A DNA stretch of 64,000 nucleotides from Sphingobium sp. (lineage in GTDB: Bacteria; Pseudomonadota; Alphaproteobacteria; Sphingomonadales; Sphingomonadaceae), in the NCBI RefSeq assembly GCF_003248505.1, contig NZ_QFOA01000003.1, positions 17,697 through 81,696 of the forward strand. Reading direction: 5' to 3'. Below, one piece after another: positions 39,297-49,557 of the stretch. Below the pieces are notes generated by a model. It did not search any database, was not told where the DNA came from, and saw only the letters and a list, made by a program, of their open reading frames with translations. Each line of letters opens with the position of its first letter. The stretch's first letter is position 1. The position numbers and the translations under genes are program-made.

Positions 39297-40781
39297 TCAT
39301 AGGGAAAACAGGTCCTGTTGCGGTGCATCCTCGCGGTCGCGCCCGCGCCGTGGCGGACGGGGCGGGGGTGCGACGGCGCTTTCCGTCACCGCGGCGCCGA
39401 CAGTACCGTCGTGGAAATGCAGCGTCACCGCGCCCGCTTCCCGCGCTGTATCGACGCTGCGCACGACCCGGTCGCCTGCCATCACCCGCGCATAGCCCCT
39501 TTGTAGCGGCAGGTCGGGGTCGAGCGAGGCGAAATGGCGGGACACGCGATCGAGCGCAGTGGTGCGCTCGGCGAGCGCGCGGGTAAGAGTATCGGGACGC
39601 AGCGTCAGTCTGTCCAGCCGTTCCCCCGCCCGGCGCACATATTGGCGCAGCAGCGGCGGGCGCAGCGCCGCGCCCGCGTCGCTCAAATGCGCGCGCGCTT
39701 CCGCCAGCCGGTGCCGCATCCCATGTTGCAATGCCAGCGTCGCATCGTCGAGCCGCTGGCGTTGAGGGCTAAGCAGCGTATCGGGCGTCGGCATCAGCCG
39801 CACCTGCATGTCCAGCCGCTCGCGTGCCTGGGCTGCGCTGCGGCGCACCGCGCGTCCCGCGCGCAACCCCATTTCGCCAAGCCCCGCCAGCAGCTCGGCC
39901 CGCACCGGCACCGCCATTTCCGCTGCTGCCGTCGGCGTCGGCGCGCGCCGGTCGGCGGCGTAATCGCACAGGGTCGTGTCCGTTTCATGCCCCACCGCCG
40001 AGATGATCGGAATGGTGCACTCCGCGACCGCTCGCACCACAATCTCTTCGTTGAAGCTCCACAGATCCTCGATCGATCCGCCGCCACGCGCCACGATCAC
40101 CAGGTCGGGACGCGGAAGCGGACTTCGGTCGTCCATCGCGGAAAAGCCGCGCACCGCCGCTGCCACCTGCTCCGCCGCGCCCTGCCCCTGCACCAGCACG
40201 GGCCACAGCAGCACGTCGGTCGGGCAGCGATCCGAAAGGCGATGCAATATGTCGCGGATGACAGCGCCCGTGGGCGACGTGACGACGCCGATGGCCCGCG
40301 GCAGGAAGGGAAGCGCCTTCTTGCGCTCCGGCGCGAACAGACCTTCGGCCGCCAGCTTGGCCTTGAGCTTTTCGAGCAACGCCATCAGCGCGCCTTCGCC
40401 CGCCAGCTCCATGCGGTCGATCACGATCTGATATTTGGACCGCCCGGGATAGGTAGTGAGCTTGCCGGTGGCGATCACTTCCACCCCATCCTGCGCGGCG
40501 AAGGCTAGGCGCTGCGCCCCGCCTTTCCACATCACCCCGTCGATAACGGCATTGTCGTCCTTGAGGCAGAGGTAGAGGTGCCCCGAAGCCGCGCGCTTGA
40601 ACCCCGAAATCTCGCCGCGTAGCCGGACATGGCCGAACCGGTCCTCCACTGTGCGCTTCAGGGACGCGGACAATTCGCTGACGGTCAGCGGCGGCGCGTT
40701 GTCGCCGGCCCGCTCCTCGGCTAACAGGCGACCCGAACTGTCATAGGCGTCATATTCCGGGGACATGGGCGAAATGAACAT
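39297..40781 (-). CDS. xseA: exodeoxyribonuclease VII large subunit
   Basis: OB-fold N-terminus ([29 protein letters not shown]) and catalytic core ([15 protein letters not shown]). The start is uncertain (40781 or 40766). Confidence 0.9.
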   Translation of the reverse strand: MFISPMSPEYDAYDSSGRLLAEERAGDNAPPLTVSELSASLKRTVEDRFGHVRLRGEISGFKRAASGHLYLCLKDDNAVIDGVMWKGGAQRLAFAAQDGVEVIATGKLTTYPGRSKYQIVIDRMELAGEGALMALLEKLKAKLAAEGLFAPERKKALPFLPRAIGVVTSPTGAVIRDILHRLSDRCPTDVLLWPVLVQGQGAAEQVAAAVRGFSAMDDRSPLPRPDLVIVARGGGSIEDLWSFNEEIVVRAVAECTIPIISAVGHETDTTLCDYAADRRAPTPTAAAEMAVPVRAELLAGLGEMGLRAGRAVRRSAAQARERLDMQVRLMPTPDTLLSPQRQRLDDATLALQHGMRHRLAEARAHLSDAGAALRPPLLRQYVRRAGERLDRLTLRPDTLTRALAERTTALDRVSRHFASLDPDLPLQRGYARVMAGDRVVRSVDTAREAGAVTLHFHDGTVGAAVTESAVAPPPRPPRRGRDREDAPQQDLFSL

Positions 40782-42051
40782 CCTTCTGTTGGGCGGCGGT
40801 GGCCGCGAACATGCGTTGGCGTGGAAGCTGGCGCAATCGCCCCGGCTGTCGACCCTTTATGCCGCGCCGGGCAATCCGGGCATAGCCCAGCATGCGCAAC
40901 TGGTCGACCTCGACGCCACGGATCATCGCGCGGTGCTCGATTTCACCGTCCGTCATTCGATCGGCCTTGTCGTCATCGGCCCGGAAGCGCCGCTGGTGGA
41001 CGGGCTCGCCGACAATCTGCGCACCATCGGCGTACCGGTCTTCGGCCCTGGCAAGAAAGCGGCCCAGCTGGAGGGGTCGAAGGGCTTCACCAAGGATTTG
41101 TGTCAGCGTGCGGGCATCCCCACCGCCGCCTATGTCCGCGTCACGAGCAAGGATGGCGCAATCGCCGCGCTCGACGATTTCGCGCTCCCCGTCGTCATCA
41201 AGGCGGACGGCCTCGCGGCGGGCAAGGGCGTCATCATCGCCCAGACCCGCGATGAGGCGCTTGCCGCCCTGGACGACATGTTCTCGGGCGCGTTCGGCGC
41301 GGCGGGCGAGGAAGTCGTGCTGGAGGAATTCATGACCGGCGAGGAAGCGAGCTTCTTCGCACTGACGGACGGCAGCGTCATCCTGCCCTTCGGCTCGGCG
41401 CAGGATCACAAGCGCGTGGGCGATGGCGATACCGGTCCCAACACCGGCGGCATGGGCGCCTACAGCCCCGCGCGCGTCCTGACGCCCGATCTGGAGCGTC
41501 AGGTGATCGACACCATCGTCCGCCCGACCGTCGATACGCTGGCCGCCGATGGAATGCCTTATTCGGGCGTCCTCTACGCGGGCCTTATGCTGACGGACGA
41601 AGGCCCCAAGCTGATCGAATACAACGCCCGCTTCGGCGACCCTGAATGCCAGGTGCTGATGATGCGTTTCGACGGCGACCTCATCGATCTGCTGCTGGCG
41701 GTGGCGCAGGGGCGGCTGGCCGAACAGGGGCCGGTCACGCTGGCGGATCGCACGGCGCTCACGGTCGTCATGGCGGCGAAGGGCTATCCCGGCACGCCCG
41801 AAAAGGGTGGCGCGATCGAAGGGATCGAAACGGCGGAATCGACAGGGGCGAACGTCTTCCACGCGGGCACCGCGCAGCGCGACGGCAAGCTGGTGGCAAG
41901 CGGAGGGCGCGTGCTCAACGTCACGGCGACCGGCGGTTCGGTGGCGGAAGCGCAGGCCGCCGCCTATGCCGCCGTCGATGCCGTTGATTTCCCGACAGGC
42001 TTCTGCCGCCGCGACATCGGCTGGCGCGAAGCGGCACGCGAACGCGGTTGA
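40774..42051 (+). CDS. purD: phosphoribosylamine-glycine ligase
   Basis: [19 protein letters not shown] is the canonical PurD N-terminus. An ATP-grasp core follows. Confidence 0.95.
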   Translation: MNILLLGGGGREHALAWKLAQSPRLSTLYAAPGNPGIAQHAQLVDLDATDHRAVLDFTVRHSIGLVVIGPEAPLVDGLADNLRTIGVPVFGPGKKAAQLEGSKGFTKDLCQRAGIPTAAYVRVTSKDGAIAALDDFALPVVIKADGLAAGKGVIIAQTRDEALAALDDMFSGAFGAAGEEVVLEEFMTGEEASFFALTDGSVILPFGSAQDHKRVGDGDTGPNTGGMGAYSPARVLTPDLERQVIDTIVRPTVDTLAADGMPYSGVLYAGLMLTDEGPKLIEYNARFGDPECQVLMMRFDGDLIDLLLAVAQGRLAEQGPVTLADRTALTVVMAAKGYPGTPEKGGAIEGIETAESTGANVFHAGTAQRDGKLVASGGRVLNVTATGGSVAEAQAAAYAAVDAVDFPTGFCRRDIGWREAARERG

Positions 42052-42114
42052 CGCCCTTGCGCATCGGGGCGCGATATCCCTAGATGTCGCCGGAACCGAC
42101 ACGGGGAGAGCGCG

Positions 42115-42648
42115 ATGCAGGAATTCTTCATGGACTATGGGCTGTGGCTGCTGATCGGCCTGCTGGTCGTCATCGCCCTCGTTTTCCTCCTGTCGGGCAA
42201 GCGCAGGGACGATGCGGAAACGCAAGCGCCCCCTGCCACCGTCGTCGACGCCCCGGAAGTCGAAGTCGCGGCGATCCCGCCGGCAGCGCCGCAGCCCGCC
42301 TCCCCGCCTTCAGTGTCGCCCAGCGCGCCGCCGGTAGAGCCCGATCCTGCCCCGCTCGCCGCCGCGCCCGAACCGGCCTTGCAGCCTGTGGCGGCGGCAT
42401 CGGACGGGCAGGCGGACGATCTGCTGAAGCTCAAGGGCGTCGGGCCCAAACTGCACAATCTGTTGATCGAACTTGGCGTCACCCGCTTTTCCCAGATCGC
42501 GGACTGGTCGGACGCGGACATTGCCGCCATCGACGCGCGGCTCGGCAATTTCAAGGGCCGTCCGGTGCGCGACCAGTGGGTGGATCAGGCGAAATATCTC
42601 GCCGCCGGCGATATCGCGGGCTTCGAGGCGAAATACGGAAAACTCTGA
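42115..42648 (+). CDS. membrane-anchored protein with Pro/Ala-rich linker and C-terminal helix-hairpin-helix-like domain
   Basis: N-terminal TM helix LWLLIGLLVVIALVFLL, a PA-rich spacer, then LLKLKGVGPKLHNLLIELGVTRFSQIADW. Confidence 0.6.
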   Translation: MQEFFMDYGLWLLIGLLVVIALVFLLSGKRRDDAETQAPPATVVDAPEVEVAAIPPAAPQPASPPSVSPSAPPVEPDPAPLAAAPEPALQPVAAASDGQADDLLKLKGVGPKLHNLLIELGVTRFSQIADWSDADIAAIDARLGNFKGRPVRDQWVDQAKYLAAGDIAGFEAKYGKL

Positions 42649-42654
42649 CGGGGT

Positions 42655-43701
42655 TCAGTGGCTTGCAGGCACTGCGTCCGACTGGCGACGGATCAGCTGA
42701 TAGTCGAGCTTCACCTTGCCGATGATGTCTTCCGCCCCGTCGTCCTGACTGCGAAAGCGCATGGCGAGCAGGCCGATGGCTTCGCGGCTCATGTCGCGGA
42801 TCGGTTGGCGGATGGTTGTCAGCGCAGGCCAGATCGCGCTGGCGAGCGGCGTGTCGTCGAAACCGCAGATGCTGATGTCGGCGGGCACGTTGATGCGCCG
42901 CTGGTGCGCGACCGTGATCGCGGCGGCGGCCATATCGTCGTTGCAGGCGAAGATCGCGGTAGGCCGCTCGTCCAGGGTCATCAGCCGCTCTGCGGCATCC
43001 AGTCCTGACCGGTAGCTGAAATCGCCCGGCACGATGAGCGCCGGGTCGATATCGATCCCATGCTGCGTCAGCGCATCGCGAAAGCCCTGCACGCGCCGCG
43101 CATTGGCCCTGTGGCGCGGGTTGCCCTCGATAAAGGCGATCCGCCTGTGACCCAGTTCGATCAGGTGCCGGGTGAGGTCGTAGGCGGCGTGGCGGTCGTC
43201 GGTTCCGACCGCCAGCATGTCAGGCCCGTCGCGATCCGGCGCGACCGACACCACGACGATGTCGCGCGCGCGCAAGCCCTCCACCAGTTCCTCCCAGTCG
43301 CAGAGCGGCGGCGGCAGGATGACGCCTGCGACGTGCGCCTGTGCCACCTGGTCGACGATCTCGGCGGCGAATGCGCCGGGCGCGCATTGTTCGACGACCA
43401 GATGCAGATGACGCAGTGGCGCTTCGCTGAGCGCGCCCAGCAACAACTCGCCCAGATAGGCGGAGGTCGTGCTGTTGCTGTGGAGCAGCGCCACGCGCCG
43501 GTCGGCGCTGCCTGCCAGGGCGCGGGCCGACGCGTTGGGCACATAGCCCAGTGCGCGCACCGCCTCCTCTACTGCCCGCCGCGCCTTGTCGCTCACCAGC
43601 GCCTTGCCGTTGATGGCGCGGGATGCGGTCATGACGGACACCCCTGCAAGGGCGGCGACATCCCGGATCGTGGGCAATTTGGCAGAGCGCGGCTTTTCCA
43701 T
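42655..43701 (-). CDS. LacI family transcriptional regulator
   Basis: HTH TIRDVAALAGVSVMTASRAING followed by a periplasmic-binding-protein-like sugar-binding fold. Confidence 0.9.
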   Translation of the reverse strand: MEKPRSAKLPTIRDVAALAGVSVMTASRAINGKALVSDKARRAVEEAVRALGYVPNASARALAGSADRRVALLHSNSTTSAYLGELLLGALSEAPLRHLHLVVEQCAPGAFAAEIVDQVAQAHVAGVILPPPLCDWEELVEGLRARDIVVVSVAPDRDGPDMLAVGTDDRHAAYDLTRHLIELGHRRIAFIEGNPRHRANARRVQGFRDALTQHGIDIDPALIVPGDFSYRSGLDAAERLMTLDERPTAIFACNDDMAAAAITVAHQRRINVPADISICGFDDTPLASAIWPALTTIRQPIRDMSREAIGLLAMRFRSQDDGAEDIIGKVKLDYQLIRRQSDAVPASH

Positions 43702-43767
43702 CGTCCCCGTTCCTAGCGTGGAACGGGGACGAGGCAAATCATCCTTAAGGACGGAAAGCGCCGGGGA

Positions 43768-44292
43768 TCAATATTGAACCGTGACCGTCACCGCGCGACG
43801 GTTCTGCGCCCATGCCGCTTCGTCGGAACCCAGCGCGGCGGGCCTCTCCTTGCCGTAGCTGACGGTCGTCATGCGGCTGGGCGCGATGCCGAGCGAGGCA
43901 AGATAGTTTTTAGTCGCATTGGCCCGGCGTTCGCCCAGCGCGATGTTGTAATCGCGCGTGCCGCGCTCGTCGGCATGGCCTTCGATCGTGACGCGGACGC
44001 TCGGATTCTGCTGCAACCAGGCGGCCTGGCTCTGAAGCGTCGCCTGATCCTGCGCATCGACGTCATATTGGTCGAGGCCGAAAAAGATGCGGTCGGACGC
44101 AACCGATGCCATGAAATCTTCCTGGCTGCCCTTGCGAACGGTGCCGGTCGATGTACCGGTCCCACCGGTCTGGCTTCCCATCCCGGCACTGTTGTCGACG
44201 GGCGCCGGCGGCAGTTGCTTGGGCGGTTTCTTGGAACAGGCGGCCAGCGCGATGACGGCGGTGGCCGCGATCAGGGTCCGGGACAATTTCAT
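43768..44292 (-). CDS. pal: peptidoglycan-associated lipoprotein Pal
   Basis: Lipobox IALAAC and an OmpA-like C-terminal domain (IEGHADERGTRDYNIALGERRA). Confidence 0.95.
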   Translation of the reverse strand: MKLSRTLIAATAVIALAACSKKPPKQLPPAPVDNSAGMGSQTGGTGTSTGTVRKGSQEDFMASVASDRIFFGLDQYDVDAQDQATLQSQAAWLQQNPSVRVTIEGHADERGTRDYNIALGERRANATKNYLASLGIAPSRMTTVSYGKERPAALGSDEAAWAQNRRAVTVTVQY

Positions 44293-44398
44293 CGGGGTCT
44301 CCTCTTCGAATATGTCGCCTGTCCACCAAAGATGCGCCATGGTCTGCCTAAGGCGCCGGGCGGTCAAGCGGGGCGGGGTGGTAGGTCGGTATCGCGGT

Positions 44399-45733
44399 TC
44401 AGGGCAGCAACGGTCCCCAGGCCGGGTCCGATCCGCTGAGCGGAGTCGGGATGCGCCGTTCGTTGACGCCGGTCAGATCGACCTGCCACACTTGGCTGCC
44501 GCCGTCGCGACCGGGAGTCGTGCGGAAGAATTGCAGCACCCGGCCGTTGGGCGACCATGTCGGCTGTTCGTCCTGCCAGCCGTTCGTCAGGATGCGCTCA
44601 TTGTCGCCGCTGGGCGTCATGACCGCGATCTTGAAGTCGCCCGACAGCTTGGTGAAGGCGATGAGGTCGCCGCGCGGGCTCCATTCGGGCGTGGCATAAC
44701 GGCCTCCGCCATGGCTGATGCGGCGCTGGTTCGATCCGTCCGCGTTCATGACATAGATTTGCTGCCCGCCCGACCGGTCGCTTTCGAACACGATCCGGCT
44801 GCCGTCGGGTGAGAAGCTGCCGCCGACATCGATGCCCGGCGAGGTGGTCAGCCGTACCGGCGTTCCGCCGCCGACGGGGATCTTGTAGATGTCGGTGTTG
44901 CCCGACACCGCCATGGAAAACAGGATGGTCCGCCCATCTGGCGACCAGCGCGGCGCGAAGGTGGGATTGTTGCTTTCCGTCACCAGCTTTTGCTGCCCCG
45001 TGCCGATATCGTAGATGTAGATGCGCACCCGGCTGCCCAGATAGCTCACATAGACGATCGACTTGTAATCGGGCGAAAAGCGCGGCGTCAGCGCCAGCGA
45101 CTGGCCGTTGGTGATGAACCTGTGGTTCGCGCCGTCCGAATCCATGATGGCGAGCCGTTTGGTCCGGTTCCCCTTGGGGCCGCTTTCGGCGATATAGGCG
45201 ATGCGGCTGTCGAAGAAGGGGCTTTCGCCCGACAGCCGGGCATAGATGGCGTCCGCGCATTTATGCGCCGCGCGCCGCCAGTCCCTGGGCGAGACGACAT
45301 AGCCCTGCCGCGTCAGCTCCTGCTTCAGCGCCACGTCGTAGAGATAGCATCCCACCGTGATGTCGGCTTCCCCGCCGCTCGTGCGCACGAAGCCCTGCAC
45401 CAGCGCCTGATAAGCACCCCATTTGGCGTAGGCGGGGTTGGTCACTTCGGGGAATGCGACTATAGGCAGGCCGCCCGGCCCCGATGGATCGAACAGGCCC
45501 GATCCCTTAAGGTCGGACGCGATCACCTCGGCGATCTTGCGGCCAAGATCGGTGGCGCTGCCCGCAGGCGTATCGGCTTCCTGCTGAGCGGGGAGAGGGG
45601 GAACGGCAATCTTGAGATTGCTGTCGATGTCGCCCGTCACGTCCACCGAAAGCTGCGCCATGGCGGGCGCTGCGATCGTCGCCGCCAGTGTCGCGATGGC
45701 CAGCGACAGGCGGTGCCAGAAAATGCTCTTCAT
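44399..45733 (-). CDS. tolB: Tol-Pal system beta-propeller protein TolB
   Basis: Signal peptide, TolB N-domain and repeated PxWSPDG propeller blades. Confidence 0.95.
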   Translation of the reverse strand: MKSIFWHRLSLAIATLAATIAAPAMAQLSVDVTGDIDSNLKIAVPPLPAQQEADTPAGSATDLGRKIAEVIASDLKGSGLFDPSGPGGLPIVAFPEVTNPAYAKWGAYQALVQGFVRTSGGEADITVGCYLYDVALKQELTRQGYVVSPRDWRRAAHKCADAIYARLSGESPFFDSRIAYIAESGPKGNRTKRLAIMDSDGANHRFITNGQSLALTPRFSPDYKSIVYVSYLGSRVRIYIYDIGTGQQKLVTESNNPTFAPRWSPDGRTILFSMAVSGNTDIYKIPVGGGTPVRLTTSPGIDVGGSFSPDGSRIVFESDRSGGQQIYVMNADGSNQRRISHGGGRYATPEWSPRGDLIAFTKLSGDFKIAVMTPSGDNERILTNGWQDEQPTWSPNGRVLQFFRTTPGRDGGSQVWQVDLTGVNERRIPTPLSGSDPAWGPLLP

Positions 45734-46794
45734 CGGTTCAGCCTCGCGTCAAAGCGGAGTGGCCGCAGCCATTTCCATTGGTCATAAAATTCGCCGGGTA
45801 AATTCCGGAAAGGCGACGCCAGTTTCACCGCCTGGATCGCGCGCTCGGCATGAAGCTTCGCCTGCGGGCGGTTGCTGGCGGTGACGCCCTGCTGGTCGAT
45901 CACTTCCGGCTGGCCCACGACATTGCCGTTCTGGTCGAGCCGCACTTCCAGCAGGGTCACCAGCTTGTCGGCGTCCGCGCCCGAAGGCGGGCGCCAGTGC
46001 GGCTTCAACTGCCGCCGGATTTCGGCGTCCAGCGCGGCTTTCTGCTGTGGCCCCATCGTTGCGGCGGCGGGCGGCGCGGCCTTGCGCGGAGCGTCGTCGC
46101 TGGTGTCGATGCCTTTGAGGAAATCCTTGCCGAGCAAAGACCCACGCGGCTTGTCCGCCTTGCCCTGGCCCGATGGCGCAGCCGCCGCCTTGGCCTTTCC
46201 TTCGCCGGTCTTTGCAGGAGCAGCGGTCTTGGCTTCGCTTTTCGCCGGCTTGGCGGACGTGGAGGGCTTGGCGTCCGTCTTTGTCGGCTTGGATGGGGCA
46301 GGCGCGGCGGCCTTGGGCTTTTCCGGAGCGGATTTTGCCTTGGGTGCGGGCTTTTCCGGCGCAGGCTTGGGCTTTGGTTTGGGCTGCGCCTTCGCCACCT
46401 CTTTCCGGGGCGGCGTGGGCTTGTCTTTCGGTTTTGCCGGTTCTTCCTTCGCCACTTTTTTGGGAGGCGGTGGCGGAGCGGGCGTCGGCTTGGGCTGCGG
46501 TTGCGGCTTGGGCGGCGGCGCGGGTGCAGGCTCAGGCTGCGGTTCTGGTTCGGGCGCGGGTTTGGCGTCTTCGGTCGGTCCCTTCTCGGGCGCGACACTG
46601 GGCGGCGGGGGCTGGGTCGACACCTGCGGCGCGCTCGATTGCAGCGCTACGTCGTCCACCAGGCTGACGTCCATCGGCGGCGACTTGAGCTTGATCGGAT
46701 TGGGCGTCGCCAGGAACCCGACCGACAGCAATCCGAACAGCAGGACATGCCCCGCCGTCGCGACGCCCAGGCCGATCTTTTCCGCGCGCTCCAT
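45730..46794 (-). CDS. tolA: cell envelope integrity protein TolA
   Basis: N-terminal TM anchor, a long Pro/Ala/Lys-rich low-complexity domain and a TolA/TonB-like C-terminal domain. Located between tolR and tolB. Confidence 0.8.
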   Translation of the reverse strand: MERAEKIGLGVATAGHVLLFGLLSVGFLATPNPIKLKSPPMDVSLVDDVALQSSAPQVSTQPPPPSVAPEKGPTEDAKPAPEPEPQPEPAPAPPPKPQPQPKPTPAPPPPPKKVAKEEPAKPKDKPTPPRKEVAKAQPKPKPKPAPEKPAPKAKSAPEKPKAAAPAPSKPTKTDAKPSTSAKPAKSEAKTAAPAKTGEGKAKAAAAPSGQGKADKPRGSLLGKDFLKGIDTSDDAPRKAAPPAAATMGPQQKAALDAEIRRQLKPHWRPPSGADADKLVTLLEVRLDQNGNVVGQPEVIDQQGVTASNRPQAKLHAERAIQAVKLASPFRNLPGEFYDQWKWLRPLRFDARLNR

Positions 46795-46812
46795 GATCCT
46801 GACCTATGGCCC

Positions 46813-47289
46813 CTATTCTGAACCGGCGCTGACATCTCGGGCTTCGCCCCCACCCTCGGCACCGGTGCTGACCAGTGCCACCTTGTTGAGGCCCGCGCGG
46901 TTGAGTTCGCCCATCACCCGCATCACCCGCCCATAGTCCAGCGCGGTGTCCGCGCGCAGAAAGATTTGCGGCGGCTCCGCCTTGCCTGCGTTGGCGGACA
47001 TGATTTCGGCGAGACGATCGGGCAGGTCGGCGTCGCTGATCTGCGTCTCGTCGATGAAGAGCCCGCCGTCGCGGTCGATCGACACCACGGTCGGCTTGGC
47101 GTCGGCGTCCAGCCCCTTGGCGCGCGTTTCGGGCAGGTTCACCGGCACGCCCGTCACCAGCAGCGGCGCGGTCACCATGAAGATGATGAGCAGCACCAGC
47201 ATCACGTCGACCAGCGGCGTCACGTTGATGTCCGCCATCGGCGCGCGCCCGCGCCCGCGACGGCTGGAGGGCGGCCCGGACATCGCCAT
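46813..47289 (-). CDS. tolR: biopolymer transport protein TolR (ExbD family)
   Basis: INVTPLVDVMLVLLIIFMV is the ExbD/TolR TM signature. Confidence 0.9.
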   Translation of the reverse strand: MAMSGPPSSRRGRGRAPMADINVTPLVDVMLVLLIIFMVTAPLLVTGVPVNLPETRAKGLDADAKPTVVSIDRDGGLFIDETQISDADLPDRLAEIMSANAGKAEPPQIFLRADTALDYGRVMRVMGELNRAGLNKVALVSTGAEGGGEARDVSAGSE

Positions 47290-47323
47290 TATCGCGCGCC
47301 CCTGCGGACAGCGGAGCCGCGGA

Positions 47324-48028
47324 TCATCGCTGCGCCTCCAATTCGCGGCTCAACGTCGCGTAAAAGCCGTCGGCAAAGCGCGACAGAGCGGATTCGAGAC
47401 GATTGATGCCATGGCTGAAGCGGTTGTAGGCGATGACCGCCGGGATCGCGGCGAACAGGCCGATGGCGGTCGCGAACAGCGCTTCGGCGATGCCGGGCGC
47501 GACGACCGCCAGGCTGCTATTCTGTTCCGCCGCGATCGAGGTGAAGGCCCGCATGATCCCCCATACCGTGCCGAACAGGCCGACGAAGGGCGCGACCGAC
47601 CCGATCGTCGCCAGCACGTTCAGCCGGTCGGACAGGCGGTCTATCTCCGCCGCGATCGCGCTCGCCATCGATGTGGAGAGGCGGTCGCGCGTGCCTTCGC
47701 GGTCGATCACCCGCTGCGCGGTCGAGCGACGCCATTCGGTGACGCCCGCCGCCATCACCTTGGCAGCCGGAAATTCAGCCTTGCCGCGTGTTTCGTAAAA
47801 GCGGTCGATATCCTCCGCCTTCCAGAAATCGCCTTCGAAAGCGCGGCTTTCCTTCGACGCGCGACGCAGCGTCACGGAAAAGCCGATGATGATCGCCCAA
47901 GTCCAGATGCTGGCGAGCAACAGGCCGATCATCACGCCCTTGACGACGATATCGGCCTGAAGAAACAGCGCCAACGGGGAGAGGGTCGCGGCGTCGGATA
48001 TCGCAGCGGCAGGCAGGTTGAGGCTCAT
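47324..48028 (-). CDS. tolQ: Tol-Pal proton channel protein TolQ (MotA/ExbB family)
   Basis: Three TM helices and the conserved motif LATIGSVAPFVGLFGTVWGIM. Confidence 0.92.
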   Translation of the reverse strand: MSLNLPAAAISDAATLSPLALFLQADIVVKGVMIGLLLASIWTWAIIIGFSVTLRRASKESRAFEGDFWKAEDIDRFYETRGKAEFPAAKVMAAGVTEWRRSTAQRVIDREGTRDRLSTSMASAIAAEIDRLSDRLNVLATIGSVAPFVGLFGTVWGIMRAFTSIAAEQNSSLAVVAPGIAEALFATAIGLFAAIPAVIAYNRFSHGINRLESALSRFADGFYATLSRELEAQR

Positions 48029-48489
48029 GGGTGAATGTCTTCCCCTTGCAACAGGCGGGTGTAAATGTCGGTCCAGGCTTTCGGCTGGCGCTGCGGGCGG
48101 CCCTGCGGCGTCAGCCAGGCGACGGCGATGCGTGCGGTCGTCAACTCTTCATCGTCCCGCACGACCGATTGCGCAATGGTGCAACTGGCCGCCTTCACTT
48201 CGGTCACGCGGCTCACGACCGTCAGGTCATCGTCCAGACGCGCCGGGCGGCGGTATCGGATCGACAGGTCGGCGACGGCATAGACGCCATGCCCGCCCTC
48301 ATGCTCGCCGCGCTGGTCGATGCCCGCGATGCGCAGCATGTCCGACCGCGCGCGTTCCATATAGCGCAGATAATTGGCATGGTAGACAAGGCCGGAAAGG
48401 TCGGTGTCCTCGAAATAGACGCGCAGCGGAAAGTGATGCACGGCGGCCACGAAGCGTCCGGACGCGGGCATCAGGGTGGGCAGGGACAT
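48025..48489 (-). CDS. ybgC: tol-pal associated acyl-CoA thioesterase (4HBT hotdog fold)
   Basis: RVYFEDTDLSGLVYHANYLRYMERAR is the YbgC active-site region. The stop overlaps the tolQ start. Start choice (48489/48471/48525) is uncertain. Confidence 0.85.
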   Translation of the reverse strand: MSLPTLMPASGRFVAAVHHFPLRVYFEDTDLSGLVYHANYLRYMERARSDMLRIAGIDQRGEHEGGHGVYAVADLSIRYRRPARLDDDLTVVSRVTEVKAASCTIAQSVVRDDEELTTARIAVAWLTPQGRPQRQPKAWTDIYTRLLQGEDIHP

Positions 48490-48671
48490 GGGGCGGCTTT
48501 TAACCATGGCGCAGGCGCGACGCAAAGCGGGAAATCGACGGGCCTAGGCGATCCGTCGGCACTTTTTCGTCTTCCTGCCTCTCGGCAAACGGACAGGGCT
48601 CTCCCTCTGGTGGCTCGACCGGCGTGGCGCTATGGCGAAGGGCAGCTTTTTGGCATGGAGGGAAATGACGG

Positions 48672-49550
48672 ATGAAGGATTTTCAGACGATCGGCGTGAT
48701 CGGCGCCGGCCAGATGGGCATCGGCATTGCCCAGGTGTCCGCTCAGGCGGGCTATGACGTCATCCTGTCCGACATCGACCTGCCCCGTGCCGAAAAGGGC
48801 AAGGCGAACATCGCCAAGCTGCTGTCGCGCGCGGTCGAAAAGGAAAAGATGACGCAGGCCGACGCCGACGCGACGCTGGCGCGCATCGCCCCCGTGGGCG
48901 AGATCGCCCCATTAAGCGAGGCGCAGTTCGTGATCGAGGCCGCGACCGAGCGGGAAGAGGTGAAGCGCGCGATCTTCGCCGATGTGGGCAAGCTGCTCGC
49001 CCCCGACGCTATCCTCGCGACCAACACATCCTCGATCCCCATCACCCGACTGGCGCAGGCTGCGCCCGACGCGGGCCGGTTCATCGGCCTCCATTTCTTC
49101 AACCCCGTGCCGGTCATGGTTCTGGTCGAGGTCATCCGCGGGCTTGCCACCGCGCCCGAAACGGTCGCTGCGGTGGAAGCCTATGCGACCCGGATCGGCA
49201 AGACCGCGGTCCATGCGTTCGACGCGCCGGGTTTCGTGGTGAACCGCATCCTGCTCCCCATGCTCAACGAAGCCGTGTTCGTGCTGGGCGAGGGCGTGGG
49301 CAGCGTCACCGACATCGACCAGGGTTGCAAGCTCGGGCTCAACCATCCGATGGGCCCGTTGACGTTGCTCGATTTCGTCGGCCTCGATACCGCGCTCGAA
49401 ATCCTGAACGTGTTTCTCAGCACGACCGGCGATCCCAAATATCGCCCCGCACCGTTGATGGTGAAATATGTCGAAGCGGGCTGGTATGGGCGCAAGACCG
49501 GGCGCGGCTTCTACGATTATTCGGGACCGGAACCGGTGCCGACCCGCTGA
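48672..49550 (+). CDS. hbd: 3-hydroxybutyryl-CoA dehydrogenase
   Basis: Rossmann motif IGVIGAGQMGIGIA plus a 3-hydroxyacyl-CoA dehydrogenase C-domain. 292 aa. Confidence 0.88.
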   Translation: MKDFQTIGVIGAGQMGIGIAQVSAQAGYDVILSDIDLPRAEKGKANIAKLLSRAVEKEKMTQADADATLARIAPVGEIAPLSEAQFVIEAATEREEVKRAIFADVGKLLAPDAILATNTSSIPITRLAQAAPDAGRFIGLHFFNPVPVMVLVEVIRGLATAPETVAAVEAYATRIGKTAVHAFDAPGFVVNRILLPMLNEAVFVLGEGVGSVTDIDQGCKLGLNHPMGPLTLLDFVGLDTALEILNVFLSTTGDPKYRPAPLMVKYVEAGWYGRKTGRGFYDYSGPEPVPTR

Positions 49551-49557
49551 CCGGGCG

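Noticed and set aside
45950-46650. Repetitive DNA inside tolA (recurring GGCTTGG/GGCGG-type units) as a tandem repeat or CRISPR-like array.
   Set aside because: It is the coding sequence of the Pro/Ala/Lys-rich TolA domain II. The repeats are short, degenerate and in frame, with no spacer-repeat architecture.
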